Shown one piece after another: positions 18,046 through 26,013 of a DNA stretch of 64,000 bases (position 1 is its first letter; each line of letters starts with the position of its first letter). The DNA lies in assembly GCA_043758025.1 (NCBI GenBank), contig JAYVOH010000098.1, positions 199 through 64,198 on the forward strand. Reading direction: 5' to 3'. The DNA comes from Verrucomicrobiota bacterium. GTDB taxonomy: Bacteria > Verrucomicrobiota > Verrucomicrobiia > Verrucomicrobiales > Verrucomicrobiaceae. Under the pieces are notes generated by a model. That model had not been told where the DNA came from and ran no database searches. It saw only the letters and a program-made list of their open reading frames with translations. Made by a program: the position numbers and the translations under genes.

Positions 18046-18134
18046 ATTGGCATTGAGTGGAAGTGAAGCCAGGGCACCGAGACGTTGCTTGCAATGAGGC
18101 CCAAGCTTGGTGAAAGTCCTGTTCTCTTCCGGGC

Positions 18135-20867
18135 ATGTCCTCACCTTCGCAATTCAAGCATTACCTGATCTGTCAGGACGTGGCGGGCAAGAACATCGAG
18201 ATTGTCCGCTCCGGCGATCAGGTTGTGGTGCTGGCTTTTGATTCGCAGCGCTTGCAGTTCGTCCACTGCCATGTGCTGATGGAACCGCTGGCGGATCGGG
18301 GCGCATTTGAGAAACGCGCCAGCCTGCTGAAAAAGTCGGGCCATCCGCTGCTGGCGCGGGTGCTGGATTTTGGCGAGGATGAGGGCAGTCCGTATTACAT
18401 CACAGCCAACACTGATGGCGAAACCTTGCGCGAATTGATCTCGCGTCACGAGGAGCTTCCGGGCTGGCTGGCGATGCAACTCACGACGCTGGCGATCGGG
18501 GCCGTCCGGGTCTTGCATGAACGGGGTGATTTTTTGTCCGGCCAACCGCTCAGCGATTTACGCGCGCTGTTTACGGGACCGACGCAGCTTCAGGTCTGCG
18601 TGGCCGATTATCGGCTGAGAGAGGACGGGTCGGTGAAAAAAATTTCGCGCCGCAAACAGGAGGCCGCCCTGGCCATGCAATCGAAGGCTCTGTTAGATTA
18701 CATGGAAGAAAAAATCCGCCTTGGCGGAGTTGCGGAGGCCATGTTGCCCGCATCGGAGTTCGGCGCACGGTTGGACGCACTGCTGGTCTCCATTGCGCCC
18801 GGCTTGGGCGCTGCGCTTGATGAACTTCAAAGCGCGCTCGCCAGTCTCCAGCCTCCGGTTCCTTCGGGCGATCTGGTGGCGACTTACAAACCGAAGCCGC
18901 TCATCGTTCCACTGCTCGCGAGTTTTCAGGAGGTCGCGCGCTGTGTCGCGCAGAGCGTGCGAATGCAAAGCCAGAGGCTCGATCCCTCGCAGCCCTATGC
19001 GCTGAGCGGCACACTAATGAAGACTGGGCAGCATATTTTCGTAGAGCAGGTGCCGCCATTCCGTCTGGTCGGCGCGGCTCCGTCGGGGGCCTTGCTGCAG
19101 GTGGTGCATTCTCCTAAATCCGGCAAGCTGCCGAATCTGTTGCCGGTGGTTTTTGTGGAGGAGAAAGACGGGATTGAATGCTTCGCAGAAACGGTTGTCG
19201 AGGGCCTCAATCTCCGTGAACTGCTCGATGAGCGGGGGGCGCTTGATGCGCAGGAAATTTATCTGGTGCTGGCGGCTGTGGACTCGTCTCTGGCACAGTT
19301 TGAAAAAGCCGGGCGCACGAGCCGACGGCTGCGATTGGATGACATTTATTTGTTCACAGGATACGGCCAGGAGAATCCGCGCGATGCCGGGCTGATGGGA
19401 CGGAAGCTTGGTGAGTGGCCGGGCTTTTCCATCGTGCTGCGCGGTCATCACTGTCTGCATTCGTTGGTTGGGCGCGGCACGGACCCGGCGGTTTTGTTGC
19501 CGTTGGAACCGGTGAACTTGAGCGGTGTGGAATCGCTCTGGAATGGCGGCTGGATGGCTGCGCTTGCGACATGTCTGCTCGGTTCAGGCGACAAGGTGAA
19601 AAACAGTGATGCCGAAGAATCCGTCGCGCAGTTATTGAATGATGAACTGGCACTGGCTCAGCGCGGATCGCCGAGTTCACGCGCGGGATTTCTCGGACGA
19701 TATGCGCGCGTGCTCCGCTATGAAGACATGGAGGAAATCAGCGGTGGCGGTCTCTGGACGGAAGTGGGAGCAACCAGCATCGCACCCAGTCCCGTCGCGG
19801 AAATGCCACGCATGGAAGTGACGGATTTTCCTGCGCTCATGGTTTCGACCGAGGAGCCTGAGCCTGCCATCGGATTTGCCGAGGCGCTCATGCAGCCCTT
19901 CACCGATGACCAGATGGATGAACCTGATGAAAGTTCCTGGATGGAATTTCGGAACAAGCGCCCGCTCTGGATCAAGGCGTTACTCTTAATCATCGTGGCT
20001 GCCATCGCTGCTGCTGGTCTGGCGCATTATCAAGGCCGCGCCTGGTGGCAGAAACGCGCGTCTGCAAAAAATGAACGGGGCCGACCTCTCATCGACCCGC
20101 TGGAAATGCCCAAGGGAGAAGCATTGGAAAAATCAGCAACGCCACTCCTGCCCCCGCCTAATGACCCTCCAGCTCCAGTGATTGACAAGCTCACCGTTCG
20201 TCTGCGTGAAATCCGGCAGAGCGGGGCTAAATTCCCTGATGAACTGCGCGCCTCGACCGAGAAGGCCGCGCAATCAGGCAACACGGAAGCGATGATCGCG
20301 CTCGGCACATTGTTGTTGCGGGCAGATTCCGGCAATGTGGATGAGCCTGCGGCTTTCGGATGGTTCGACAGGGCGTTCATGGCCGGCGACAAATCGGCGA
20401 TGCTCCCATTGGCGAGTTGTTATCTTCAAGGCTGGGGCACCAAGCCGGATTTCTCCCAGGCGGTGAACCTGCTCAAAAAAGCGTTGGGTAATGGAGAAAA
20501 CGCCGCGGGCGATTTGTTGGGAGTCTGTTACCTCGGCGGACTCGGCGTGACCCGCGATGAAGCGAAAGCGCACCAGCTTTTCACAGAAGCGCGCGATGCC
20601 GGAGTTGCCAGTGCGTGCGGGAATCTGGGGAACATGTATCTTAAAGGCCTGGGCGTGACTGCCGATGCCGCGCGCGCGGTGACCTTGTTTGCCGAGGGTG
20701 CGCGGAAAGGACATGCGGAGAGCATGTTATTCTACGCGCAGTGTCTTGAAAACGGAACTGGCACCCGGGCCGATTTGGGTCAGGCAACCATCTGGTATCA
20801 GAAAGCTGCACGCGCAGGAAACGCAGAGGCTGCGGGCTGGTGCCGGGCCAGGGGACTGGCGTTTTGA
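18135..20867 (+). CDS. Membrane protein with N-terminal degenerate kinase-like region(s) and C-terminal Sel1 repeats
   Basis: 910 aa. TM helix PLWIKALLLIIVAAIAAAGLAHY. The C-terminus holds about 5 Sel1-type repeats (..AMIALGTLLL.., ..CYLQGWGTKPDFSQAVNLLKKA.., ..NMYLKGLGVTADAARAVTLFAEGA.., ..ATIWYQKAA..). The N-terminal segments resemble protein-kinase lobes but lack the HRD/VAIK motifs. Confidence 0.75.
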   Translation: MSSPSQFKHYLICQDVAGKNIEIVRSGDQVVVLAFDSQRLQFVHCHVLMEPLADRGAFEKRASLLKKSGHPLLARVLDFGEDEGSPYYITANTDGETLRELISRHEELPGWLAMQLTTLAIGAVRVLHERGDFLSGQPLSDLRALFTGPTQLQVCVADYRLREDGSVKKISRRKQEAALAMQSKALLDYMEEKIRLGGVAEAMLPASEFGARLDALLVSIAPGLGAALDELQSALASLQPPVPSGDLVATYKPKPLIVPLLASFQEVARCVAQSVRMQSQRLDPSQPYALSGTLMKTGQHIFVEQVPPFRLVGAAPSGALLQVVHSPKSGKLPNLLPVVFVEEKDGIECFAETVVEGLNLRELLDERGALDAQEIYLVLAAVDSSLAQFEKAGRTSRRLRLDDIYLFTGYGQENPRDAGLMGRKLGEWPGFSIVLRGHHCLHSLVGRGTDPAVLLPLEPVNLSGVESLWNGGWMAALATCLLGSGDKVKNSDAEESVAQLLNDELALAQRGSPSSRAGFLGRYARVLRYEDMEEISGGGLWTEVGATSIAPSPVAEMPRMEVTDFPALMVSTEEPEPAIGFAEALMQPFTDDQMDEPDESSWMEFRNKRPLWIKALLLIIVAAIAAAGLAHYQGRAWWQKRASAKNERGRPLIDPLEMPKGEALEKSATPLLPPPNDPPAPVIDKLTVRLREIRQSGAKFPDELRASTEKAAQSGNTEAMIALGTLLLRADSGNVDEPAAFGWFDRAFMAGDKSAMLPLASCYLQGWGTKPDFSQAVNLLKKALGNGENAAGDLLGVCYLGGLGVTRDEAKAHQLFTEARDAGVASACGNLGNMYLKGLGVTADAARAVTLFAEGARKGHAESMLFYAQCLENGTGTRADLGQATIWYQKAARAGNAEAAGWCRARGLAF

Positions 20868-20998
20868 GTTCGCGTCGGAAAAATCACCGGCAGTTTCAAC
20901 AAAATTACAAAAATACCGTCTATTGTGACGTTGCTGATGATGCAGGATACCTGCGAGCAACGTAACACTTCAACGAAACCCCAACCCCCAAGACATCC

Positions 20999-22594
20999 AT
21001 GAAAATAAATCGAACCACATCCATGATCCTCGTCGGCGCCAGCCTGCTGGGTGTGGCGGCCTTGGTTTATTCCGAGGACGCCAAAGGCAAATTCACTTCT
21101 GCAGAACTGGAAAAGAAGATCACCCGTGACACAGCGGAAATTCGCAACGCCACCCCCGCGATGGCTGGGTTTGCTGATGTCGTCGAGCGCATTCTTCCCA
21201 GCGTCGTCAGCATCAACACCTACTCGAAAAAAGCCCCGCGCAAGGGCTTCAATTTTAACGAAGATGAAATGGAACAGCTTCCGCCCATGCTGCGACCCTT
21301 CTTTGAAGACTGGCTTCAGCGTCACGGCGACAGTCCTATTCCGAATCAGCGCAACCGCCAGTCGCCACAACGTCCCCAGAAGCCTGTGCAGACCGGACTC
21401 GGTTCCGGAATGTTGCTCACGGATGATGGCTACATCCTGACTAACAATCACGTCGTGGATGGCGCGGATGATATCAAGGTTATGGTCGCCGGCAAAGGCA
21501 AGGAATACACCGCCAAGGTCATCGGCGCGGATCCGTCCACGGATGTCGCTCTTATCAAGATCGAGGGGACGGGACTGCCGCACGCCACCATTGGCGACAG
21601 CTCCAAGCTGCGCGTCGGCGATATCGTGCTGGCCGTTGGTGCGCCGATGGGACTCGAACAATCTGTGACGCACGGGATCGTCAGCGCGCTCGGGCGCAGT
21701 GCGATGGGAATCATCGGCAACAAGAAGGGTGAAGCCGGTTACGAGAACTTCATCCAGACCGATGCGGCCATCAATCCGGGCAACTCCGGAGGTCCATTGG
21801 TCGATGCCCAGGGGCGCGTCATCGGCATCAACTCCGCCATTGAAACCCAGAGCGGCATGTTCGCTGGCATCGGCCTCGCCATTCCGGTGAACATGGCCAT
21901 GTCAGTCGTCCGTGATCTCGTGGACTCCGGCAAGGTTCAGCGCGGATTCCTTGGCATCCAGATGGATGCAGTCGAGCCGAGCATGTCCGATTTCCTCGGA
22001 CTGAAGGATGAAAACGGCGTCACGGTTTCGCGGATTGTCGATGGTTCCCCCGCAGCCAAGGCCGGATTTGAAGAGGGTGACGTGATCATCAGTGCCGATG
22101 GCCAAAAAATTGCCGATCCCACAAAACTCCGCCTCATGATCAGTTCTAATCATCCAGGAACCGACGTGAAATTCGGCGTTGTCCGCTTCAACGAGTCGAG
22201 CAAAAAACCCGAGCGCAAGGAGATCACCGCTAAACTGGAAAAACTTCCGGACCAGCTCAGTTCCGCCTTTGAAAAAATCAGGCCAGGCCCCGAGAAGGCC
22301 AAGGGTGCCGGTGATGTTTTCCTCGAAGGCGTCAAGGTGGAGGAACTCAATGATGAGTTGCGCGTGAATTATAAAATCGAAGCCGATGTGAAGGGGGTGG
22401 TCGTCACCAACGTGGATGAAAAAAGTCCGGCGGCGAAAGTCGGCCTCCAAGAAGGCGATGTGATCACACAGGTGAATCGCAAGGTTGTGAGCAGCCTTCC
22501 CGAGGCCCGCTCCAATAAAGGAGAAGCTGGCGGCGCGGTGCAGTTGAAGATTGTTCGTGCGGGCCAGACGAAGTTTCTTGTCGTGAAGAACTGA
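20999..22594 (+). CDS. HtrA/DegP (Do) family periplasmic serine protease with two PDZ domains
   Basis: Signal peptide. Catalytic triad context TNNHVV, DVALIKI, GNSGGPL. Two PDZ-like regions (..GDVIISADGQKI.., ..GDVITQVNRKVV..). Confidence 0.9.
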   Translation: MKINRTTSMILVGASLLGVAALVYSEDAKGKFTSAELEKKITRDTAEIRNATPAMAGFADVVERILPSVVSINTYSKKAPRKGFNFNEDEMEQLPPMLRPFFEDWLQRHGDSPIPNQRNRQSPQRPQKPVQTGLGSGMLLTDDGYILTNNHVVDGADDIKVMVAGKGKEYTAKVIGADPSTDVALIKIEGTGLPHATIGDSSKLRVGDIVLAVGAPMGLEQSVTHGIVSALGRSAMGIIGNKKGEAGYENFIQTDAAINPGNSGGPLVDAQGRVIGINSAIETQSGMFAGIGLAIPVNMAMSVVRDLVDSGKVQRGFLGIQMDAVEPSMSDFLGLKDENGVTVSRIVDGSPAAKAGFEEGDVIISADGQKIADPTKLRLMISSNHPGTDVKFGVVRFNESSKKPERKEITAKLEKLPDQLSSAFEKIRPGPEKAKGAGDVFLEGVKVEELNDELRVNYKIEADVKGVVVTNVDEKSPAAKVGLQEGDVITQVNRKVVSSLPEARSNKGEAGGAVQLKIVRAGQTKFLVVKN

Positions 22595-22614
22595 GATTGC
22601 GTTCAACTATCAGG

Positions 22615-22651
22615 GCCGGTTTCTGCTGCATGCAGGAACCGGCATTTTTTT
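22615..22651 (+). terminator. Rho-independent terminator downstream of the HtrA-type protease gene
   Basis: GCCGGTTTCTGC-TGCAT-GCAGGAACCGGC (11/12-bp stem) followed by A + 7 T (22645-22651). Confidence 0.8.
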
Positions 22652-22705
22652 GCAACGCTGATTTGCAATCGCGGTTGTAAAATTGATGGTGCCACCCCTT
22701 TCCAA

Positions 22706-23395
22706 ATGTCCGCCCTCCGACGCCTCGATCAGCTTCTCTCCTCTCTGGGTTATGGTTCCCGTCGGGAGGTTCGCGCATTAGTAAATGCCGGGCACGTCAC
22801 CGTGCGCGGTGCAGTGGCGTCGCATCATGACGTCAAAGTTGCTGCGAGTGATGTCCTCTTTGACGGTGTGCCACTCGAAGCGCCTGATGGTTTGCTCGCC
22901 ATCCTGCACAAGCCGATCGGTTATGTCTGCACTCGCGCCGACGGAGAAGGCCCGACGATCTACGAATTGCTTCCCCCGCGCTGGTCGCGACGCAACCCGC
23001 CCGTCACCAGCGTGGGCCGGCTCGACAAGGATACCAGCGGCCTGCTCTTAATCACGGATCGCGGCGATCTCGTGCAGAAATGGACCTCGCCGAAATCAGA
23101 CATAGAAAAAGTCTATGAGGCCACCGTGGACAAACCTCTTTCAGTGGAGCTGGCCGAAATCTTCGCACGGGGCGACCTGATGTTGCGCAGTGAGGAGAAA
23201 CCATGCCGACCTGCGAAGCTGGAGATTATCAATGAACTAAATGCGCGACTCACCATCACCGAAGGCCGCTACCATCAAGTGCGCCGCATGTTCGCCAGCC
23301 AGGGCTGGCATGTGGAGCAGCTGCACCGCGCGCGGTTTGGGGAATTTGATCTTGGAGAGTTAAAGCCGGGCGAGTGGTGCATTTTCAAAGCTTGA
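22706..23395 (+). CDS. rsuA: 16S rRNA pseudouridine synthase (RsuA/RluB family)
   Basis: N-terminal S4 domain (RLDQLLSSLGYGSRREVRALV) and catalytic motif VGRLDKDTSGLLL. 229 aa. Confidence 0.8.
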   Translation: MSALRRLDQLLSSLGYGSRREVRALVNAGHVTVRGAVASHHDVKVAASDVLFDGVPLEAPDGLLAILHKPIGYVCTRADGEGPTIYELLPPRWSRRNPPVTSVGRLDKDTSGLLLITDRGDLVQKWTSPKSDIEKVYEATVDKPLSVELAEIFARGDLMLRSEEKPCRPAKLEIINELNARLTITEGRYHQVRRMFASQGWHVEQLHRARFGEFDLGELKPGEWCIFKA

Positions 23396-23589
23396 TGCCA
23401 GGCTCGATCTGCTCATAGAAATGCTAGAGGGCTGGGGCTGTGACGCATCAGACTTCACAAGACAAATTAGCAAGCTAATGACGGTGCTTTCCTTAATAAC
23501 TTAGGGTTTTGCCCCATATACCATGAGCGTGATTTGCAAGACACTTTGCGTGTTCAAAAGATTGTTGTTGATAAGTGATTTCCATTTCC

Positions 23590-24015
23590 ATGCAGCCACC
23601 ATCATCTCGCTTTTATCTTGCGTCGTTCCTCGCAACGGGGATTCTGGCCCTGACCGGCTGTGATCAGCCGCCTCCAACTACTGCTCCATCTGGCGGGCAC
23701 CCGCGCACGACGTCAGCCAGCAATCCCCAAGATGTTAAGCAGCGTCAGATGGCCTTTCTCAATCGAATTCGCGAGGCTGATCCCCAAGGGCGCACCATTG
23801 ATCGTGCGCTTTTGAATGAGCAAAACGAACTCGGCCTCGTGCTGGATCGCAGCGTTGAGATGGATAAAATCCCTGCATTGATGCGAGTCATGCTCGGTAA
23901 AATGGCGGCCGAGTTTCCTGGCGCGGATGCGACGGTCATTGTTTATACGCCCTCGAATCCGCCGCACAAACTTGGCACTGGTCACTTGAATGCGCGCACT
24001 CGCCTAAACAAATAA
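23590..24015 (+). CDS. Hypothetical lipoprotein
   Basis: Signal peptide with lipobox LALTGC. The start is taken at ATG 23590; the ORF opens at GTG 23575. Confidence 0.6.
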   Translation: MQPPSSRFYLASFLATGILALTGCDQPPPTTAPSGGHPRTTSASNPQDVKQRQMAFLNRIREADPQGRTIDRALLNEQNELGLVLDRSVEMDKIPALMRVMLGKMAAEFPGADATVIVYTPSNPPHKLGTGHLNARTRLNK

Positions 24016-24019
24016 ACAT

Positions 24020-24526
24020 ATGCCTGGAACTGTTGATGACTTTATGAGCCGCTTTGGCGGAGATAAAACTGTGGATGATCGCGATGCCGCCCAGTATCAC
24101 GACCGCTTTGTTTCGACTCATCCAGACGACGCTGGCTTCGACAACAAAACCTACCAGCAAAGCGCGACGGAATATCTGGGCAAGATGCCAGACGACCAAT
24201 TTCACCAGGCGGCAAGCACCGCGATCGCTCAAGCTCCGCCAGAAGAGCGCAAGGGTCTGCTCGGCGGGTTGTTGGGTTCGCTGGGTGGCGGCGGTGCGCT
24301 GAGTGGCATCGCCAGCATGTTGGGCCTGGGCTCGATTGATCCAAACAAGATGAGCGGAGATGACGCCGCCCGACTCATGGACTACGCCCGCCGTGAAAAG
24401 CCGGAGGCGCTGCAGAAGGTTGTGGAGGAGAAGCCTTGGCTCGTGAAAGCGATGGGTAACCCTGTAGTGCTCGGTGCGCTGACGGTGGCTGCCGCCAAAT
24501 TGCTGCAGCATCAGCGTGGACAATAG
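24020..24526 (+). CDS. Hypothetical protein
   Basis: 168-aa ORF 4 nt after the preceding stop. Gly-rich central segment. No family recognised. Confidence 0.55.
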   Translation: MPGTVDDFMSRFGGDKTVDDRDAAQYHDRFVSTHPDDAGFDNKTYQQSATEYLGKMPDDQFHQAASTAIAQAPPEERKGLLGGLLGSLGGGGALSGIASMLGLGSIDPNKMSGDDAARLMDYARREKPEALQKVVEEKPWLVKAMGNPVVLGALTVAAAKLLQHQRGQ

Positions 24527-24618
24527 ACATTAGATATGATGTTATACTTTCGCCCATTTAGCAGTGGGCATGCCAATGATGGCACAATTGATAAAATAAC
24601 TAACCTACTATACATATT

Positions 24619-24876
24619 ATGAGTTTTCTTTGGATGTTATTAATTGGTCTTATTGTTGGAGCAATCGCAAAGTTCCTGATGCCCGGCAGAGATCCCGGCG
24701 GATTCATTGTCACGATTCTGATTGGAATCGTGGGAGCACTTATCGCAGGATTTTTGGGTCGCACTCTTGGATGGTATACCGAAGGTCAACCCGCGGGCTT
24801 TCTGGCCTCTGTGGTGGGAGCCATCTTGCTTCTGATGGTTTACCGGCTTTTGACCAAAGGTCGGACTGCGGCATGA
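24619..24876 (+). CDS. GlsB/YeaQ/YmgE family stress-response membrane protein
   Basis: 85 aa; WMLLIGLIVGAIAKFLMPGRDPGGFIVTILIGIVGALIAGFLG is the typical transglycosylase-associated family pattern. Confidence 0.85.
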   Translation: MSFLWMLLIGLIVGAIAKFLMPGRDPGGFIVTILIGIVGALIAGFLGRTLGWYTEGQPAGFLASVVGAILLLMVYRLLTKGRTAA

Positions 24877-24942
24877 GAATCTGCGCAGTAAATTAATATT
24901 AGAGCCGCAGCAGGGCCTGTTTTTACTGCTCGATAATTAATG

Positions 24943-24971
24943 GTAGCCGTGGGTTTCAACCCCACGGCTAC
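24943..24971. other. Perfect 11-bp stem hairpin between convergent genes (possible bidirectional terminator or REP-like element)
   Basis: GTAGCCGTGGG-TTTCAAC-CCCACGGCTAC. No flanking U-tract. Confidence 0.4.
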
Positions 24972-25023
24972 ATTCATGTTCACGATGGGGCATGTAGTGG
25001 ACGGCAACCATTTAAGTTCTGAA

Positions 25024-26010
25024 CTAAGGAGCTTTGGGTTCGGGCGAAGTATCGGTCGCCCGCGGGATGCTCGGGGGCGTGGATGCGGCATCAATGATGG
25101 CGTGAGTCAGCCCCAACCGCTCCCGGAGCAGATCATCAATCAGCACGGCGTGACTGTTCGGCACGATGCCGGAGCCAAATTTGCGTGCGTAGATTTTTGT
25201 GATCTCGGCACCGAAAAACAAGATGCAAGCTGAGTAGTATATCCAGATAAGCACGATCACGACGGATCCTGCCGCGCCGAACGAGGAGGCGATGCTGCTG
25301 GTGGCGAGGTAATAGCCGATCACGAATTTGCCCAGTGTGAAAAGCAGAGCTGTCCAAACTGCACCCAGCCACACGTCGCGCCATCTGATGCGGACGTTGG
25401 GCATTAATTTGAAGATCATGGCGAAGAGACAACTTACCACGACGAACGAGATGAGAAAATCCCAAGCTTGCCAGACTGCCGTCGGGAACTGGAAGCGACC
25501 GCTCATATATTGTCCCAGCGCCGCCAGAAGGACGCTGATGACCAGGGAAACAAGAAGCAGGAAGCCCACGGCCAGAACTATAGAGAAGGAGAAGAAACGA
25601 TCCCGCGCCAGCGTTAGAAAGGGCCGACCGGGTTTCACGACGACTCCCCAAATTGTGTTGAGGGAGTCTTTCAGTTCGGCAAATACGGTGGAGGCTCCAA
25701 AGAGCAGCAGGGCCGTGCTGAGGACCGTGGCCAGCACTCCGGTGGATTTTTGCGATGCGCTGGAATGCACCGCCGACTGAATCGCTTCTCCTGCGCCCTT
25801 GCCTGCCAAGGTGGCAATCTGCTGCGCTAATTGGCCGCGAGCTGCTTCCTCATCAAAGAACAACCCGGCTATGGCGACAACGATGATAAGTAGTGGTGCG
25901 AGCGAGAAGATGGCGTAATACGCCAGCGATGAACTGAGGCGCATCGCGCCGTCCGCAACCCACTCTGACGCGGCCTCTTTCAACACTTGGAACGAATAAG
26001 GGGAAGGCAT
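25024..26010 (-). CDS. YihY/BrkB family inner-membrane protein
   Basis: ..RLSSSLAYYAIFSLAPLLIIVVAI.. and six predicted TM segments. 328 aa. Confidence 0.85.
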   Translation of the reverse strand: MPSPYSFQVLKEAASEWVADGAMRLSSSLAYYAIFSLAPLLIIVVAIAGLFFDEEAARGQLAQQIATLAGKGAGEAIQSAVHSSASQKSTGVLATVLSTALLLFGASTVFAELKDSLNTIWGVVVKPGRPFLTLARDRFFSFSIVLAVGFLLLVSLVISVLLAALGQYMSGRFQFPTAVWQAWDFLISFVVVSCLFAMIFKLMPNVRIRWRDVWLGAVWTALLFTLGKFVIGYYLATSSIASSFGAAGSVVIVLIWIYYSACILFFGAEITKIYARKFGSGIVPNSHAVLIDDLLRERLGLTHAIIDAASTPPSIPRATDTSPEPKAP

Positions 26011-26013
26011 GGG

